DNA of 64,000 bases from a virus. Shown here piece by piece: positions 45,133 through 55,322 of this stretch (positions are counted from its first letter, which is position 1; each line of letters opens with the position of its first letter). The translations under genes and the position numbers were made by a program. The stretch is from positions 32,001-96,000 of IMG/VR virus record IMGVR_UViG_3300045988_175328; one strand, given 5' to 3'. The notes below the pieces were generated by a model, which did not search any database, was not told the DNA's origin, and saw nothing but the letters and a program-made list of their open reading frames with translations.

Positions 45133-46790
45133 TGGCCATTACGTATGTTGCACAGAAAGAGAATTCTATTCATTTATATTGTGAAGATTTCTTTAATGGA
45201 TATAATACATTAACATATACAGATGGAAAAGAATCTAAAGAAATTACACTTACTTCTCCGGATGTTTTACTCGAGAATTTAACTGCTAATTTATATAAAG
45301 TTAATCTCGGCAATTCTGAAAAATATATCGAAGTCTATTCAGAATCTTTAATTAATGTTCTCGATTTTCTTTTTAATAACATAAAACCTACTGGTATAAA
45401 GAAAGACGATATTCTTAATACTATTGACTCGTATGATCTTTCTTTGGTAGAAGCTTTATATTATCTTTTACGCCAGAAATATTCTAAAGATATTTTAAAA
45501 TTATTGTTAGCGGCGATTAGCTTATTTAACTCTAATAACTTCTATAATAATCTAGATTTAAATACATCAGTTAGAATTAAATCTGATCATAATAATAAGA
45601 TAATGAATGTTCTTATTAATGGAGAGTCTGGAGACAGATTGCACATATCCAAGTTTGTACCAGAAGGATATCAATATATCGAAGCAAAAGATTTAGATGA
45701 TCTCGGGATTTTAAATCTTTCTTTTTTAAAGTCTGGAGAACTGCATCAATTAAAATTAGAACGTGAAGATAATATCACAAATTATTTTTATGTTTACGCA
45801 ATGACACATTCCCAAATTAAAGATATTTGGCCTGACTTAAAGAAAATTACAGATCTTATTAATTCCAGATTTAATGAAGAAAAGTATTTACCTTTGGTGT
45901 ATCAAAACTTTAGCGATGAAGATAAAAAAGCAATTTTAATGGCTCGGTCTGTATCTAAAGATTTATATATATATGAATGTCCTATCTTAGAACAGAACGA
46001 AGATTATTTCGTCGCTTACTTCGACAAAACATCGTTCATTAAACCAATGAATCCGTTGTATCTTTGCATTACAGATATTGAAGGATTAGCGGCTAATGAG
46101 ATTCTTGTAAAAGAACCTGTCACTAATTTCTTAATGGAAATTCCTTTAGCAGGAAAGACCATCTATGAAGGATACTATTTCTTCTATTTAATGGATGATC
46201 ATGATCGTATTGTAAGTAAGATATCTATCTTTAATAAAGATAATGAAATAGAAGCTAATTACAATGAGGCAACCATTAAAGAATTTGTTTATGATCTTGT
46301 TTCTTATCTTAAAAAGATTTATGAAGAAAAAGATGTCGATATGTATTCTCCATTATTCTTTAATGAAGTATCGAACCCATTAGCGAATAGTACAAACTAT
46401 TTTAATTTAATTGTTGAAAAATTAGTGTTAACATATAAAGCCGAAGATTTCTTTGATTTAATCTTTGATCTATATCAATTTAAATATATGAATCAGGGAT
46501 ATAAGAAAGACTTTCATTATTTAATTAAAGATAATAAGGCTAAAAGAATTATTGCGCCGCCATTAAAAGAAGGAAACTTAATTTTAAAATCAGTTAAATA
46601 TAGTCAAACAGGATATAATATCGAATATAAAGAGATATCAGATTCTGCTAATTATGTTACATATTCGGATGCTGACTATACGATAGTCTCTATCTTTGAA
46701 AAGGATTCGGCAGCATGTTTAGGATTTGTTGTTGTTAAGAAGTATGGTCATGACTATTATTTCCAAAACTGGAATGTGAGTTTCGAATGA
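45132..46790 (+). CDS. hypothetical tail-module protein
   Basis: ORF track; start overlaps the upstream stop; RBS GAGGTGA. Confidence 0.55.
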   Translation: MAITYVAQKENSIHLYCEDFFNGYNTLTYTDGKESKEITLTSPDVLLENLTANLYKVNLGNSEKYIEVYSESLINVLDFLFNNIKPTGIKKDDILNTIDSYDLSLVEALYYLLRQKYSKDILKLLLAAISLFNSNNFYNNLDLNTSVRIKSDHNNKIMNVLINGESGDRLHISKFVPEGYQYIEAKDLDDLGILNLSFLKSGELHQLKLEREDNITNYFYVYAMTHSQIKDIWPDLKKITDLINSRFNEEKYLPLVYQNFSDEDKKAILMARSVSKDLYIYECPILEQNEDYFVAYFDKTSFIKPMNPLYLCITDIEGLAANEILVKEPVTNFLMEIPLAGKTIYEGYYFFYLMDDHDRIVSKISIFNKDNEIEANYNEATIKEFVYDLVSYLKKIYEEKDVDMYSPLFFNEVSNPLANSTNYFNLIVEKLVLTYKAEDFFDLIFDLYQFKYMNQGYKKDFHYLIKDNKAKRIIAPPLKEGNLILKSVKYSQTGYNIEYKEISDSANYVTYSDADYTIVSIFEKDSAACLGFVVVKKYGHDYYFQNWNVSFE

Positions 46791-47446
46791 GAAGAAAACG
46801 TTTAGATAATCAATTAAATAATCAGTTAGGATATGTTAATAAAACTGTCGACCAAGAAGTTGTAAGAACAGAGAATGGTGAGACAAGGCTAACTCCTAAA
46901 TATAATCGCTACTATTCTCAAATTGATGCGAACATTTATATAGGCGATTTCCTTGTCTCAGATATTCAAAATATATCCTATGGATTAAAACAAAATGATA
47001 TGCCACTATTTGGATACAATAGTTATATATTCGATGAGATGGCATTAGGAAACAGAATTATTCAGGGCGTATTTACGATTAACTTTACTGAGCCTCGATA
47101 TATTGACAAGATATTAAAGAACCATTACACTTCCTTGACCTCTTTTGCTAAAGAAGTTAAAATAGAACAAGAAGGTCAAAAAGAAGATGGTAAACTTCTA
47201 GATATTAAAATTCCATCTAGAAATGAGGATACTGTCATCAATTCTCCAGAACATAATTCTCGATGGAGACAAAAGTTCGATATCGATATTACGTATGGAG
47301 AAGATGACCAAATCATGGGCAAGCCATTGCATGTGACACTATTAGACTGTTACATTACAGATGTACAAACAGTTCTTGATGTGTCGGGGCGGCCTATTTT
47401 AGAACAATATTCTTTCATATCTCGGGATAGCCGAGCTATTGTTTAA
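46787..47446 (+). CDS. third tube-fold paralog
   Basis: YNRYYSQIDANIYIGD..IQNISYGLKQNDMPLFGYNSYIFDEMALGNRIIQGVFTINF parallels [57 protein letters not shown]. Confidence 0.55.
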   Translation: MRRKRLDNQLNNQLGYVNKTVDQEVVRTENGETRLTPKYNRYYSQIDANIYIGDFLVSDIQNISYGLKQNDMPLFGYNSYIFDEMALGNRIIQGVFTINFTEPRYIDKILKNHYTSLTSFAKEVKIEQEGQKEDGKLLDIKIPSRNEDTVINSPEHNSRWRQKFDIDITYGEDDQIMGKPLHVTLLDCYITDVQTVLDVSGRPILEQYSFISRDSRAIV

Positions 47447-47458
47447 AAGGTGATACAA

Positions 47459-48034
47459 ATGAGCAAAAAACACAGATTTGAAAAAAATCTAAAAAAAGAA
47501 ATATTGGAAAAAAAAGAGGAAATTACTGAGAATACTCAAGTTGAAGATTCTGATAAAAAAGAATATTTAATGGATGTTAATACTCCTAATGCAGCTGATC
47601 AATATGAAGAACCATCAGAAGATGAAGTTCCCGCTTTTTACGAAGAGGAAGATGATGATTACAGTATTGAAGATGTTGAACCATTAACAACAGAAAATAT
47701 TAATTATCTTAAATCTATCTATCCTAATTTAAAATTAACGATGATGGTTAATCAACCAATTGTATGGAAAACAATTCCTCGTAACGAATATCGATTAGCA
47801 TATGATCTAACAGAAGAGGAGAGAGAACATATTTCTAGTTTAGATCCTGCTAATCAAATTGCAGAATTAATGGAAATTCGAAATCAAAAGATTGTTACAT
47901 ATTTTGTATTGTTCCCATCTCGTCCAAGATTATTATATTTATTGGATCGATATAGTGGAATGATTCCGACATTAGCTGAAGAGATTCTTAAAGGATCTGG
48001 TTATTCCTTACAACAACCATCTATTGACTTGTAG
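47459..48034 (+). CDS. acidic protein, possible tail assembly chaperone (by position)
   Basis: ORF track 47450..48034; ATG 47459 after AAAGGTG. Shares a PI(V/F)(W/Y)K..(P/T)R.E(Y/H) segment with the next ORF. Confidence 0.45.
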   Translation: MSKKHRFEKNLKKEILEKKEEITENTQVEDSDKKEYLMDVNTPNAADQYEEPSEDEVPAFYEEEDDDYSIEDVEPLTTENINYLKSIYPNLKLTMMVNQPIVWKTIPRNEYRLAYDLTEEEREHISSLDPANQIAELMEIRNQKIVTYFVLFPSRPRLLYLLDRYSGMIPTLAEEILKGSGYSLQQPSIDL

Positions 48035-48043
48035 GAGGCTCTT

Positions 48044-48877
48044 ATGGAAAATAAATCTAGCGAGCCAAGATTTGATGAAGTATATGACACATTAACTCAA
48101 AAATATGGGCAAGTCTATGTGTATTCTAAATATAAAGAGTTTCCTATTTTTTATAAGGCACTAACTCGTGCAGAACATTATTCTCTATTCGAACAAACAG
48201 AAATATTAGATGTTCATCGAGAAGATATTATTTGTGCAAAATGTATTGTATATCCATATGATTTAGATATTGGAGAATTACCGTCTGGTCTTGTTTCTGA
48301 TTTAGCGTCTGATGTGATGAAAGTAAGTCTTCTTAATAAAGAAGGCCGAAAAATTGCATACATGATGGCTAAAGAAAAAATGGAGAATGTTGACCGACAA
48401 ATTTCTAATATTATTCATGAAGCTTTTCCTGAATACGATATCGAAGAAATCGATAATTGGAATATGGTCAAGACAATGGATTTCTTATTGCGTAGTGAAT
48501 GGATCTTATATCATTTCAGAGGACGTCCTCCTATTGATTTGCAAGAATTAATTAATAGAACTATTGACGTCGATTTTAAACAAAAAGATCCTCGCGTGCT
48601 TAATGAAGAAGAGATCTACATTAAAGAAACTTTAGCGCAAAAATATCCTGAGCTTACTGGCGAAGAAAAGAAAGTAACTCCTCCTGAGAAAAAAGGAAAA
48701 CCTGTAAAACGTAAGAAAAAAGGAATGTCCGAGGCAGAACTTAGAGCTATGTTCCCAGAGGCATTTACATCAGTAGGTACTGAAGAATCATTTAAAGAAA
48801 TGGCTATGGGTTCTAAAAACCCGCATGAGATGACTCCAAAAGAGTTAGCAGAATTAGCCGGTTTTAATAAAGAGTAA
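48044..48877 (+). CDS. possible tail assembly chaperone paralog (by position)
   Basis: RBS GGAGG; weak similarity to the preceding ORF; directly precedes the 2142-aa ORF. Confidence 0.45.
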   Translation: MENKSSEPRFDEVYDTLTQKYGQVYVYSKYKEFPIFYKALTRAEHYSLFEQTEILDVHREDIICAKCIVYPYDLDIGELPSGLVSDLASDVMKVSLLNKEGRKIAYMMAKEKMENVDRQISNIIHEAFPEYDIEEIDNWNMVKTMDFLLRSEWILYHFRGRPPIDLQELINRTIDVDFKQKDPRVLNEEEIYIKETLAQKYPELTGEEKKVTPPEKKGKPVKRKKKGMSEAELRAMFPEAFTSVGTEESFKEMAMGSKNPHEMTPKELAELAGFNKE

Positions 48878-48881
48878 TTAA

Positions 48882-51800
48882 ATGGCAGATTTATTAGAAA
48901 AACAATCTATGGAAGATATGTTTTTCGAAAATGCTTTGGAGAACGTAGCAGTTGTTGGTGGTATAGCAACTGCTGCGTTTTCTTTGTATAAAAGTGATTT
49001 CGGAAAGCAATTAATCGGACATATTGATCCACTATTCGGAAGAATAAGTGAACGTCTTTCATATATGAATAGACATGGCGATAATCCTTTTACTTTTGAA
49101 GAATTAGGAGTTGGCTTTAAAATGGCTAAGTCTAATTATATCGGGGAAGGATTTGATCCATTAACAAGATCAGCATCACTAGATAATAAAGAAGCAATGA
49201 ATTTAATTCATGAGATAGCTCAAAATCATGACTATTATTCTTTCTCTAGAAATGCTGGTCAAGCAATGTATTACAATTACTTTGAAGAGTCAATGCTCAA
49301 TCAAATGGACAGTATGGGATTCGGTCTTAGTGAAAAAGGTAGAGAAGCATTATCTGTAACGTTTAAAGATAATGCTCACACTTTCATTGATTTTGACAAA
49401 GGACTTCTTAAAACAGAAGGCGAAGCGGCTCTTTCAAATCTTGCGAACGGCAATCTTCCAAGATATCTTTCAGAAGCAGATTCTAAAGCATTACGTGGAT
49501 ATATTGATTCCACAATAAATCAAGACATTCCAGTTGCCTTTAATCCATTTGCTAATTTTGTCTCACAAGATGAAATTCAAAATACATTAATGAGTATGCA
49601 TAAGGATTATAAAGAGCAATGGAAGTCTCAAATAGATGTATTAATTTCTAAAGCTGAAGAAGAAACAAAAACTTCTAATTACCACTACATTACTTTAGGA
49701 GAATACGAAAATTTTGGCCGAGGACTTGAAAGTGACGATAATCAGATTCGCATTAATGTTAAACGAAATGGTGGCGAACAAAATCTAACATTAAATGAAA
49801 TTGCTACTGATTCTATTTTCGATGCTTATAATTTAAAAGATTTACCTATTTCTAAATCTAGATTTGTAAAAGATAGTGCTACTCCTGGAGCAAATAATCC
49901 TGATGATATAATCGATCATTCTTTTACAAAAAGAATGTTAGATGGTGTTAAAAGTTTTGCTAAAAGTACACTTCCATATAAACTAGCTGGTATTGAAGGA
50001 TTTCAGTCATCTTCTCCTCGTGGAATTGAGTCAATAACAAAAGAAGCCTTTCAACCATATATTCAAAAAACATTAGGCAAAACTGACTATGTTAGAATAG
50101 GCCAATCTTTATACCAGAAAGATAGTACTACTGGCGGTTATAAAAAAGTTGAACTTGAAGGAGGATCTTGGTATAAAGGTAATGCTACTAACATAGAGAG
50201 TCAATCTATTGCTATGGGTTATGCTGATCCAAAATCAGCAGAACGAACTAATTGGAAATCTAGAGGTGAATCTCCGCATAGAAGACATACGACTCTTCAT
50301 GGAAATAATATCGATATACTTAGAAATGCTGATTTAAGTAAAATGACGAATGAAGATTTATCTTATCGGATATTCTCTTTAAAAAATCATTTAGATATTG
50401 TTGACCATGATATTGATACCCAGACATTCCGTAAGATGGTTAATGGAGTCCTTGACCAATTTGGAGATCAACTCTCTCCAGAGCATAATCATTATCTAAC
50501 AGGACTTGTTAATTTACTTTCAACTGGTTCTCCTGAAGAGTTAAGAACTGGACTTAACGGTATATCTAGTATACTTCCGAGAAATTCATCTTCTATTATT
50601 AAGCCGACAAAAGAATTTAATAATCTTTTAGAGAGAACTAAAAAAGGAGAATATTTAGGAACTAAAATAGTTGAAGATGCTATCGGTGTTACCGAAAAAG
50701 GCAATGAGAGAATAAAGGGCCCGCTTGAAAAAACTCAAAGTTTAATAAAAGAAGAAATAATTAATAGCATTCTTCAAGGGAATATATCTTTAGGGCCACA
50801 ATATTCTGGCAGAGTAACTGATCCTGATTCTTTTAGGGCTCTTCTTCATCATTTAACATTTAATATCAATGACGGATTTAACATAGGTAAGGGTGATGCC
50901 GAAAAAATAAGCAGATTGGCTTCAACAGTATTTATTAAAAACTTTGATCAACTTCCTGAAATTATTTCTGAAGGTTCTGCTTTAAAATTAGCAGGAGGAC
51001 CGAGAGCTCTTGCTGAAAAGGTTCAAAAACTTTTAAATGGTAGCCCTACACTAAATGAATCATTAGCATATTCTATGGGGACAGGCGTTGATCGTAAAGT
51101 TCTTTTTGAATCTACAAAAGTAAAACAAGACTATGTGTATCAAAAGAACACAACACCATTTCAAAAATTAGCTGATCTTAGTCCAGATAAAATTGCTGAT
51201 TATATTTTAGGCGGCGGATTATTTGATACTGCGAAATCAATATTTGCTGGCTCAACTTTTGATCTAAGTAAATCTGCTAAATATTTAAAACATGTAAATC
51301 TTGAAGAAATTGCTCCAGATTTTAAAACAGGAAATTCTTTATCTGAAATGAATTCTGTTGGAGCGTATGCGTATCGAATTGCTAATCGAATTAATGACCA
51401 ATTAAATGAAACTTCATTATCTACTTTTTTTGGCGTTATTAATGAGAACTTCTCAGACTGGGCTTCTAAGTATATTAATCTTAGAGTACCATTAGGGTTA
51501 CATAGAGCTGATGCGACAACAACATTAGGTATTACAAAAAATCTAATGTTAAAAAGATTACTTCCTGCTAGTATTCTTTTGTCTCAAGCTGAATGGGCCG
51601 ATGATACATTTGATATTAATGAAAATTTTCAAACTGGCTTAGCGAATATGGATCTTGGATTTAGACGTATTGTCGATGGATTAGGTATGACTAATTTTAT
51701 GAAACGACATAAAATGTTAAATCCATTAGCAGAATATATTTCTGGAGATTATACATTATTCCAGAGTTATAATGAACGTTTGGACTATTATCAGAATGGA

Positions 51801-54800
51801 TATGATCCAATTCGATCTGGTCGATATTGGGTATGGGGTTCTACAAATGAATTCAGAGGTTCTTCTGTTTCATATTGGGAGCCGAATAGCTTAAGACTTG
51901 CGACATCTGATTACAAGATGAAGTCTATATATGGTAGCTATTGGAATAAATATTTACATTCACCAATACCAACATTAACAAATCCATTGTCACCATTATT
52001 CTATTTAGCTAATCCATATTGGGTTGAAGAGCAACATTCTGAAGATAGACCATATTTAAAATCAGGCCCGTTATTTGAAAAGAACTCTTTGCAAGGCGCA
52101 TTGTTTAATTGGAATATTGGAGAATTAATTAAACCTGAACGAAGCTACCATGATGACAGAATGTGGTTCGGTCGAGACGTATATGCTGTCATGTATAATA
52201 TGCGACAACAAGAAATGGAAAAACGTGACGATAATCGATACATCATTTTCCAAAATGGTCGCTTAGGCATATATGATTTTAATTCATTCCAAAATCCAAA
52301 CATGCAAGAGTCTATTAATAATGAAGATGCTGAAGAGTATAGAGAGCAAGCTTCTCCTGTATTCACAAGCGCAGCTGATTATTCAAATGCATTAAGTTCT
52401 GATGGTTCATTAGATACTGATGAATATCAATCATTAGCTAGTGGATCTACTTCTGGCGCAGGTGGTTTTGGTATTCGAAGTGCAATTACTTCTATGAATA
52501 AAAGTGTCGCAGGCGAATATATTCAACAACGAATCAGAAGAAATAATAGCACAAAAACTGTTCATGAATTATTAGAGAATGCTGGATATTATAATGATAT
52601 AATGAACTCTAATGCAGACTCTATTGTAAATCAATCTATTAATGCTGTTCGTGCAGTATCTGGTATTTATGGATATGCTGGTGTTAAATTCTTCGGAGAA
52701 AATGAAAAGACAAGAATAGCTGATGCTGGAGACATTACTTCATTCGCAAGATCTTTCTGGGATATGGGATTTGGCGGATTAGGCTCCGAAGGGGCCGAAA
52801 TTGCCCGTCGTTTCATTCCTGAGTTTTCAAGACGTCATAGAATTAATCCATTAATGAATGAGCTTGCTGAAAAACATCCTTGGCTACCTGAAAAATTCTT
52901 CCGAGGAGATCCATATGCAAGTATGCCTATGGGAGAGGCAAGGCTGCCAGGTACCGGATATGAAGCTTTAAATCAGTTACATCCTGATCAGTTTGGACAA
53001 TATGGTGTTATTGATCGATATAAGATCTTAGCAGATATTGCGCCTAATTCTGAAGAATATAAATATTATAAGACCTTAATTAAGATGCTTGAGGATCCAG
53101 AGGCTAAGAAAATATATAATGATACCGAAGAGAGAATTAAGCATCAAAATAAAAGATACGATTTCTTCAATTATAAGTTTTTAGGCAAAACGACTAAAGG
53201 TGAAGAAGTCGGTATTGAAAGTATTCAAAGCAATGGTAAATTTACTATTGTTGGTGACGATAAGTTATATCAAATAGCCGGCGTTAAATTTAATACTCAA
53301 GGCGAAGAATCTAAAAAAATTCTTCAAGAAATATTAAATGAAGGCTCTAAGGTAATGATGTATACCGATGATATAGAAATATCTGAAAATAATAAAGTAA
53401 ATGCTCCAATAAAAGCAGCATTATTTTTAGATGGTCAAAATATCTCGGAGATGCTTATCGACCACGGACTTGCTCAGTACGATAGAGAAGATTCTTCAGC
53501 TGCTGGAGCAAAGGCTAATTATAATCCACTTTCAAGAGCACTAGGTACTGGATTTGAGTTCTTAACACATTTAAATATACCTATTATTCATTCTCAATTT
53601 TTAAGAATCAACTCTTCTTTAGAGTCTTACGAACAGAATCAAATATATGGTTCTGGATTTGAATCTTGGGATCATCCTATTGATAGTATGATTATGCCTT
53701 CGGTCTACCAAGGAAAAACTGGTTTATTCCTTGATTTCTTAGGAGAATCAGCTTATCGTTATCATAATGCTATTGAAGATGGATTTATTTCTGCATCAAA
53801 AACTGGCCGAAGATTTGCTAAGCATGCATATCGATATTTAGATAGACCAACATTGATTGGGCATATTTTTAGTAGGTTTGCATACTCTGGAGAAAATCGA
53901 GAGCATTATGCGAATGCAACAACTGCATTAACCAGATATGCCGGTAATGCATTTTCATTGTATACTTCTTTACAAGATCCATTTTATGCTGCTTTTGCGT
54001 GGGGAAGATTTGGATATGATACGTCAGCATTCTTCAATCCATTTGAAAAATTAATTGTTGGTACAAATGAAGATTGGGAAAATAAAATTTTCTCTTATCA
54101 AAAATTGTCTGATCAGTTCTTTAGAGATTACGACGAGACATTAAGAACTTCTATTGCATTTACAGAAGCAAGACCTATTGTTAATACATTAACAGATGAT
54201 TTATATCGTGGAGCATATGAATTAAGTTCTGATATTAATACTCCTGGTTTAATAAAAAATACTTTAGATACTCTTCTTCACACAAGACCCTCAAGAATAG
54301 TTACAGGTTTGGCTTCTGCAGGTATTGGTGTTGCTTTATCTATTGCAAATTACAATTCAGTAACAGAAACGTTTGGTCAAGATTCTATATTTATCCCTGA
54401 TCATGTTAAAGAACGATGGGATGTCGAAGAATATTTTGATCGGTTAAGATATATTAAATATATGTCATTATATGCTCAAGCTGCAAAAATAGCTATTAAT
54501 GAAGAAGATACAGATGTAGCTGCTTTATATCGACATCAAGATTATGTCCGCGAACATGAAAGTGACGATATATCATTATCTAATATGATCGCATCTGTTC
54601 TTGTTTCTGGTTCTCCGATTGAGGATGGCATATCTCAATTCAAACGATTTATGTTCGGGACAATGAATGAAGATATGACAGTTTTATCGGCTGATAAATT
54701 TACAGAACTTGCTATTATGTATAAGCAAGCTGCCGAGAATACTATTTATGGATTAACAGAAGATTCTGAATATTCAGATATCATTAGAGCATTACCAGAT

Positions 54801-55310
54801 TATGAAAAGGAATTTTTCGAAGATTTCTCTGGAGTTCTTGATGAAGAAGAGCGAGATAAAATACTTAGAGAAGTTTCTCCTTCTTTAAAAAAAGCATTAA
54901 AGCTTGTTTGGTATGGAGAGCTTGAAGATCAAATGCCAAATGAATTATATTTCTCGACTCATAATTTGCCATCTGTATTCTGGGAGGGTTGGCAAGCCGA
55001 TAAAGATATGTCAGATATTAGAGCTAAAGTTATTTACAACGAAGGTCTTAGCTATGCAGATTATGGCATTTTTGCATCTAAATATGAAGAACCAAATGTT
55101 CAAGACGCTCCAAATATTGATGACATAAAAGATTCTGACGACCCAATTACCGTAAAGGCTAAACTAGGTATTTTAATGAAAGGATACAATTTATCTTCTG
55201 ATGATGTCGACGTCTATAAGACATCTGATCCAAGTACCCTTTCAGTCATTCAAGATACAGTTTCTGTATTAGGATATAAGATAGAAACTGCATTAAGCAA
55301 AGTTTTTTAA
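48882..55310 (+). CDS. 2142-aa virion-module protein (tape-measure candidate by position only)
   Basis: Uninterrupted ORF with an N-terminal hydrophobic segment VAVVGGIATAAFSLY. Follows two chaperone-like ORFs. No catalytic motif recognised. Confidence 0.5.
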   Translation: MADLLEKQSMEDMFFENALENVAVVGGIATAAFSLYKSDFGKQLIGHIDPLFGRISERLSYMNRHGDNPFTFEELGVGFKMAKSNYIGEGFDPLTRSASLDNKEAMNLIHEIAQNHDYYSFSRNAGQAMYYNYFEESMLNQMDSMGFGLSEKGREALSVTFKDNAHTFIDFDKGLLKTEGEAALSNLANGNLPRYLSEADSKALRGYIDSTINQDIPVAFNPFANFVSQDEIQNTLMSMHKDYKEQWKSQIDVLISKAEEETKTSNYHYITLGEYENFGRGLESDDNQIRINVKRNGGEQNLTLNEIATDSIFDAYNLKDLPISKSRFVKDSATPGANNPDDIIDHSFTKRMLDGVKSFAKSTLPYKLAGIEGFQSSSPRGIESITKEAFQPYIQKTLGKTDYVRIGQSLYQKDSTTGGYKKVELEGGSWYKGNATNIESQSIAMGYADPKSAERTNWKSRGESPHRRHTTLHGNNIDILRNADLSKMTNEDLSYRIFSLKNHLDIVDHDIDTQTFRKMVNGVLDQFGDQLSPEHNHYLTGLVNLLSTGSPEELRTGLNGISSILPRNSSSIIKPTKEFNNLLERTKKGEYLGTKIVEDAIGVTEKGNERIKGPLEKTQSLIKEEIINSILQGNISLGPQYSGRVTDPDSFRALLHHLTFNINDGFNIGKGDAEKISRLASTVFIKNFDQLPEIISEGSALKLAGGPRALAEKVQKLLNGSPTLNESLAYSMGTGVDRKVLFESTKVKQDYVYQKNTTPFQKLADLSPDKIADYILGGGLFDTAKSIFAGSTFDLSKSAKYLKHVNLEEIAPDFKTGNSLSEMNSVGAYAYRIANRINDQLNETSLSTFFGVINENFSDWASKYINLRVPLGLHRADATTTLGITKNLMLKRLLPASILLSQAEWADDTFDINENFQTGLANMDLGFRRIVDGLGMTNFMKRHKMLNPLAEYISGDYTLFQSYNERLDYYQNGYDPIRSGRYWVWGSTNEFRGSSVSYWEPNSLRLATSDYKMKSIYGSYWNKYLHSPIPTLTNPLSPLFYLANPYWVEEQHSEDRPYLKSGPLFEKNSLQGALFNWNIGELIKPERSYHDDRMWFGRDVYAVMYNMRQQEMEKRDDNRYIIFQNGRLGIYDFNSFQNPNMQESINNEDAEEYREQASPVFTSAADYSNALSSDGSLDTDEYQSLASGSTSGAGGFGIRSAITSMNKSVAGEYIQQRIRRNNSTKTVHELLENAGYYNDIMNSNADSIVNQSINAVRAVSGIYGYAGVKFFGENEKTRIADAGDITSFARSFWDMGFGGLGSEGAEIARRFIPEFSRRHRINPLMNELAEKHPWLPEKFFRGDPYASMPMGEARLPGTGYEALNQLHPDQFGQYGVIDRYKILADIAPNSEEYKYYKTLIKMLEDPEAKKIYNDTEERIKHQNKRYDFFNYKFLGKTTKGEEVGIESIQSNGKFTIVGDDKLYQIAGVKFNTQGEESKKILQEILNEGSKVMMYTDDIEISENNKVNAPIKAALFLDGQNISEMLIDHGLAQYDREDSSAAGAKANYNPLSRALGTGFEFLTHLNIPIIHSQFLRINSSLESYEQNQIYGSGFESWDHPIDSMIMPSVYQGKTGLFLDFLGESAYRYHNAIEDGFISASKTGRRFAKHAYRYLDRPTLIGHIFSRFAYSGENREHYANATTALTRYAGNAFSLYTSLQDPFYAAFAWGRFGYDTSAFFNPFEKLIVGTNEDWENKIFSYQKLSDQFFRDYDETLRTSIAFTEARPIVNTLTDDLYRGAYELSSDINTPGLIKNTLDTLLHTRPSRIVTGLASAGIGVALSIANYNSVTETFGQDSIFIPDHVKERWDVEEYFDRLRYIKYMSLYAQAAKIAINEEDTDVAALYRHQDYVREHESDDISLSNMIASVLVSGSPIEDGISQFKRFMFGTMNEDMTVLSADKFTELAIMYKQAAENTIYGLTEDSEYSDIIRALPDYEKEFFEDFSGVLDEEERDKILREVSPSLKKALKLVWYGELEDQMPNELYFSTHNLPSVFWEGWQADKDMSDIRAKVIYNEGLSYADYGIFASKYEEPNVQDAPNIDDIKDSDDPITVKAKLGILMKGYNLSSDDVDVYKTSDPSTLSVIQDTVSVLGYKIETALSKVF

Positions 55311-55322
55311 AGGAAATAATTA

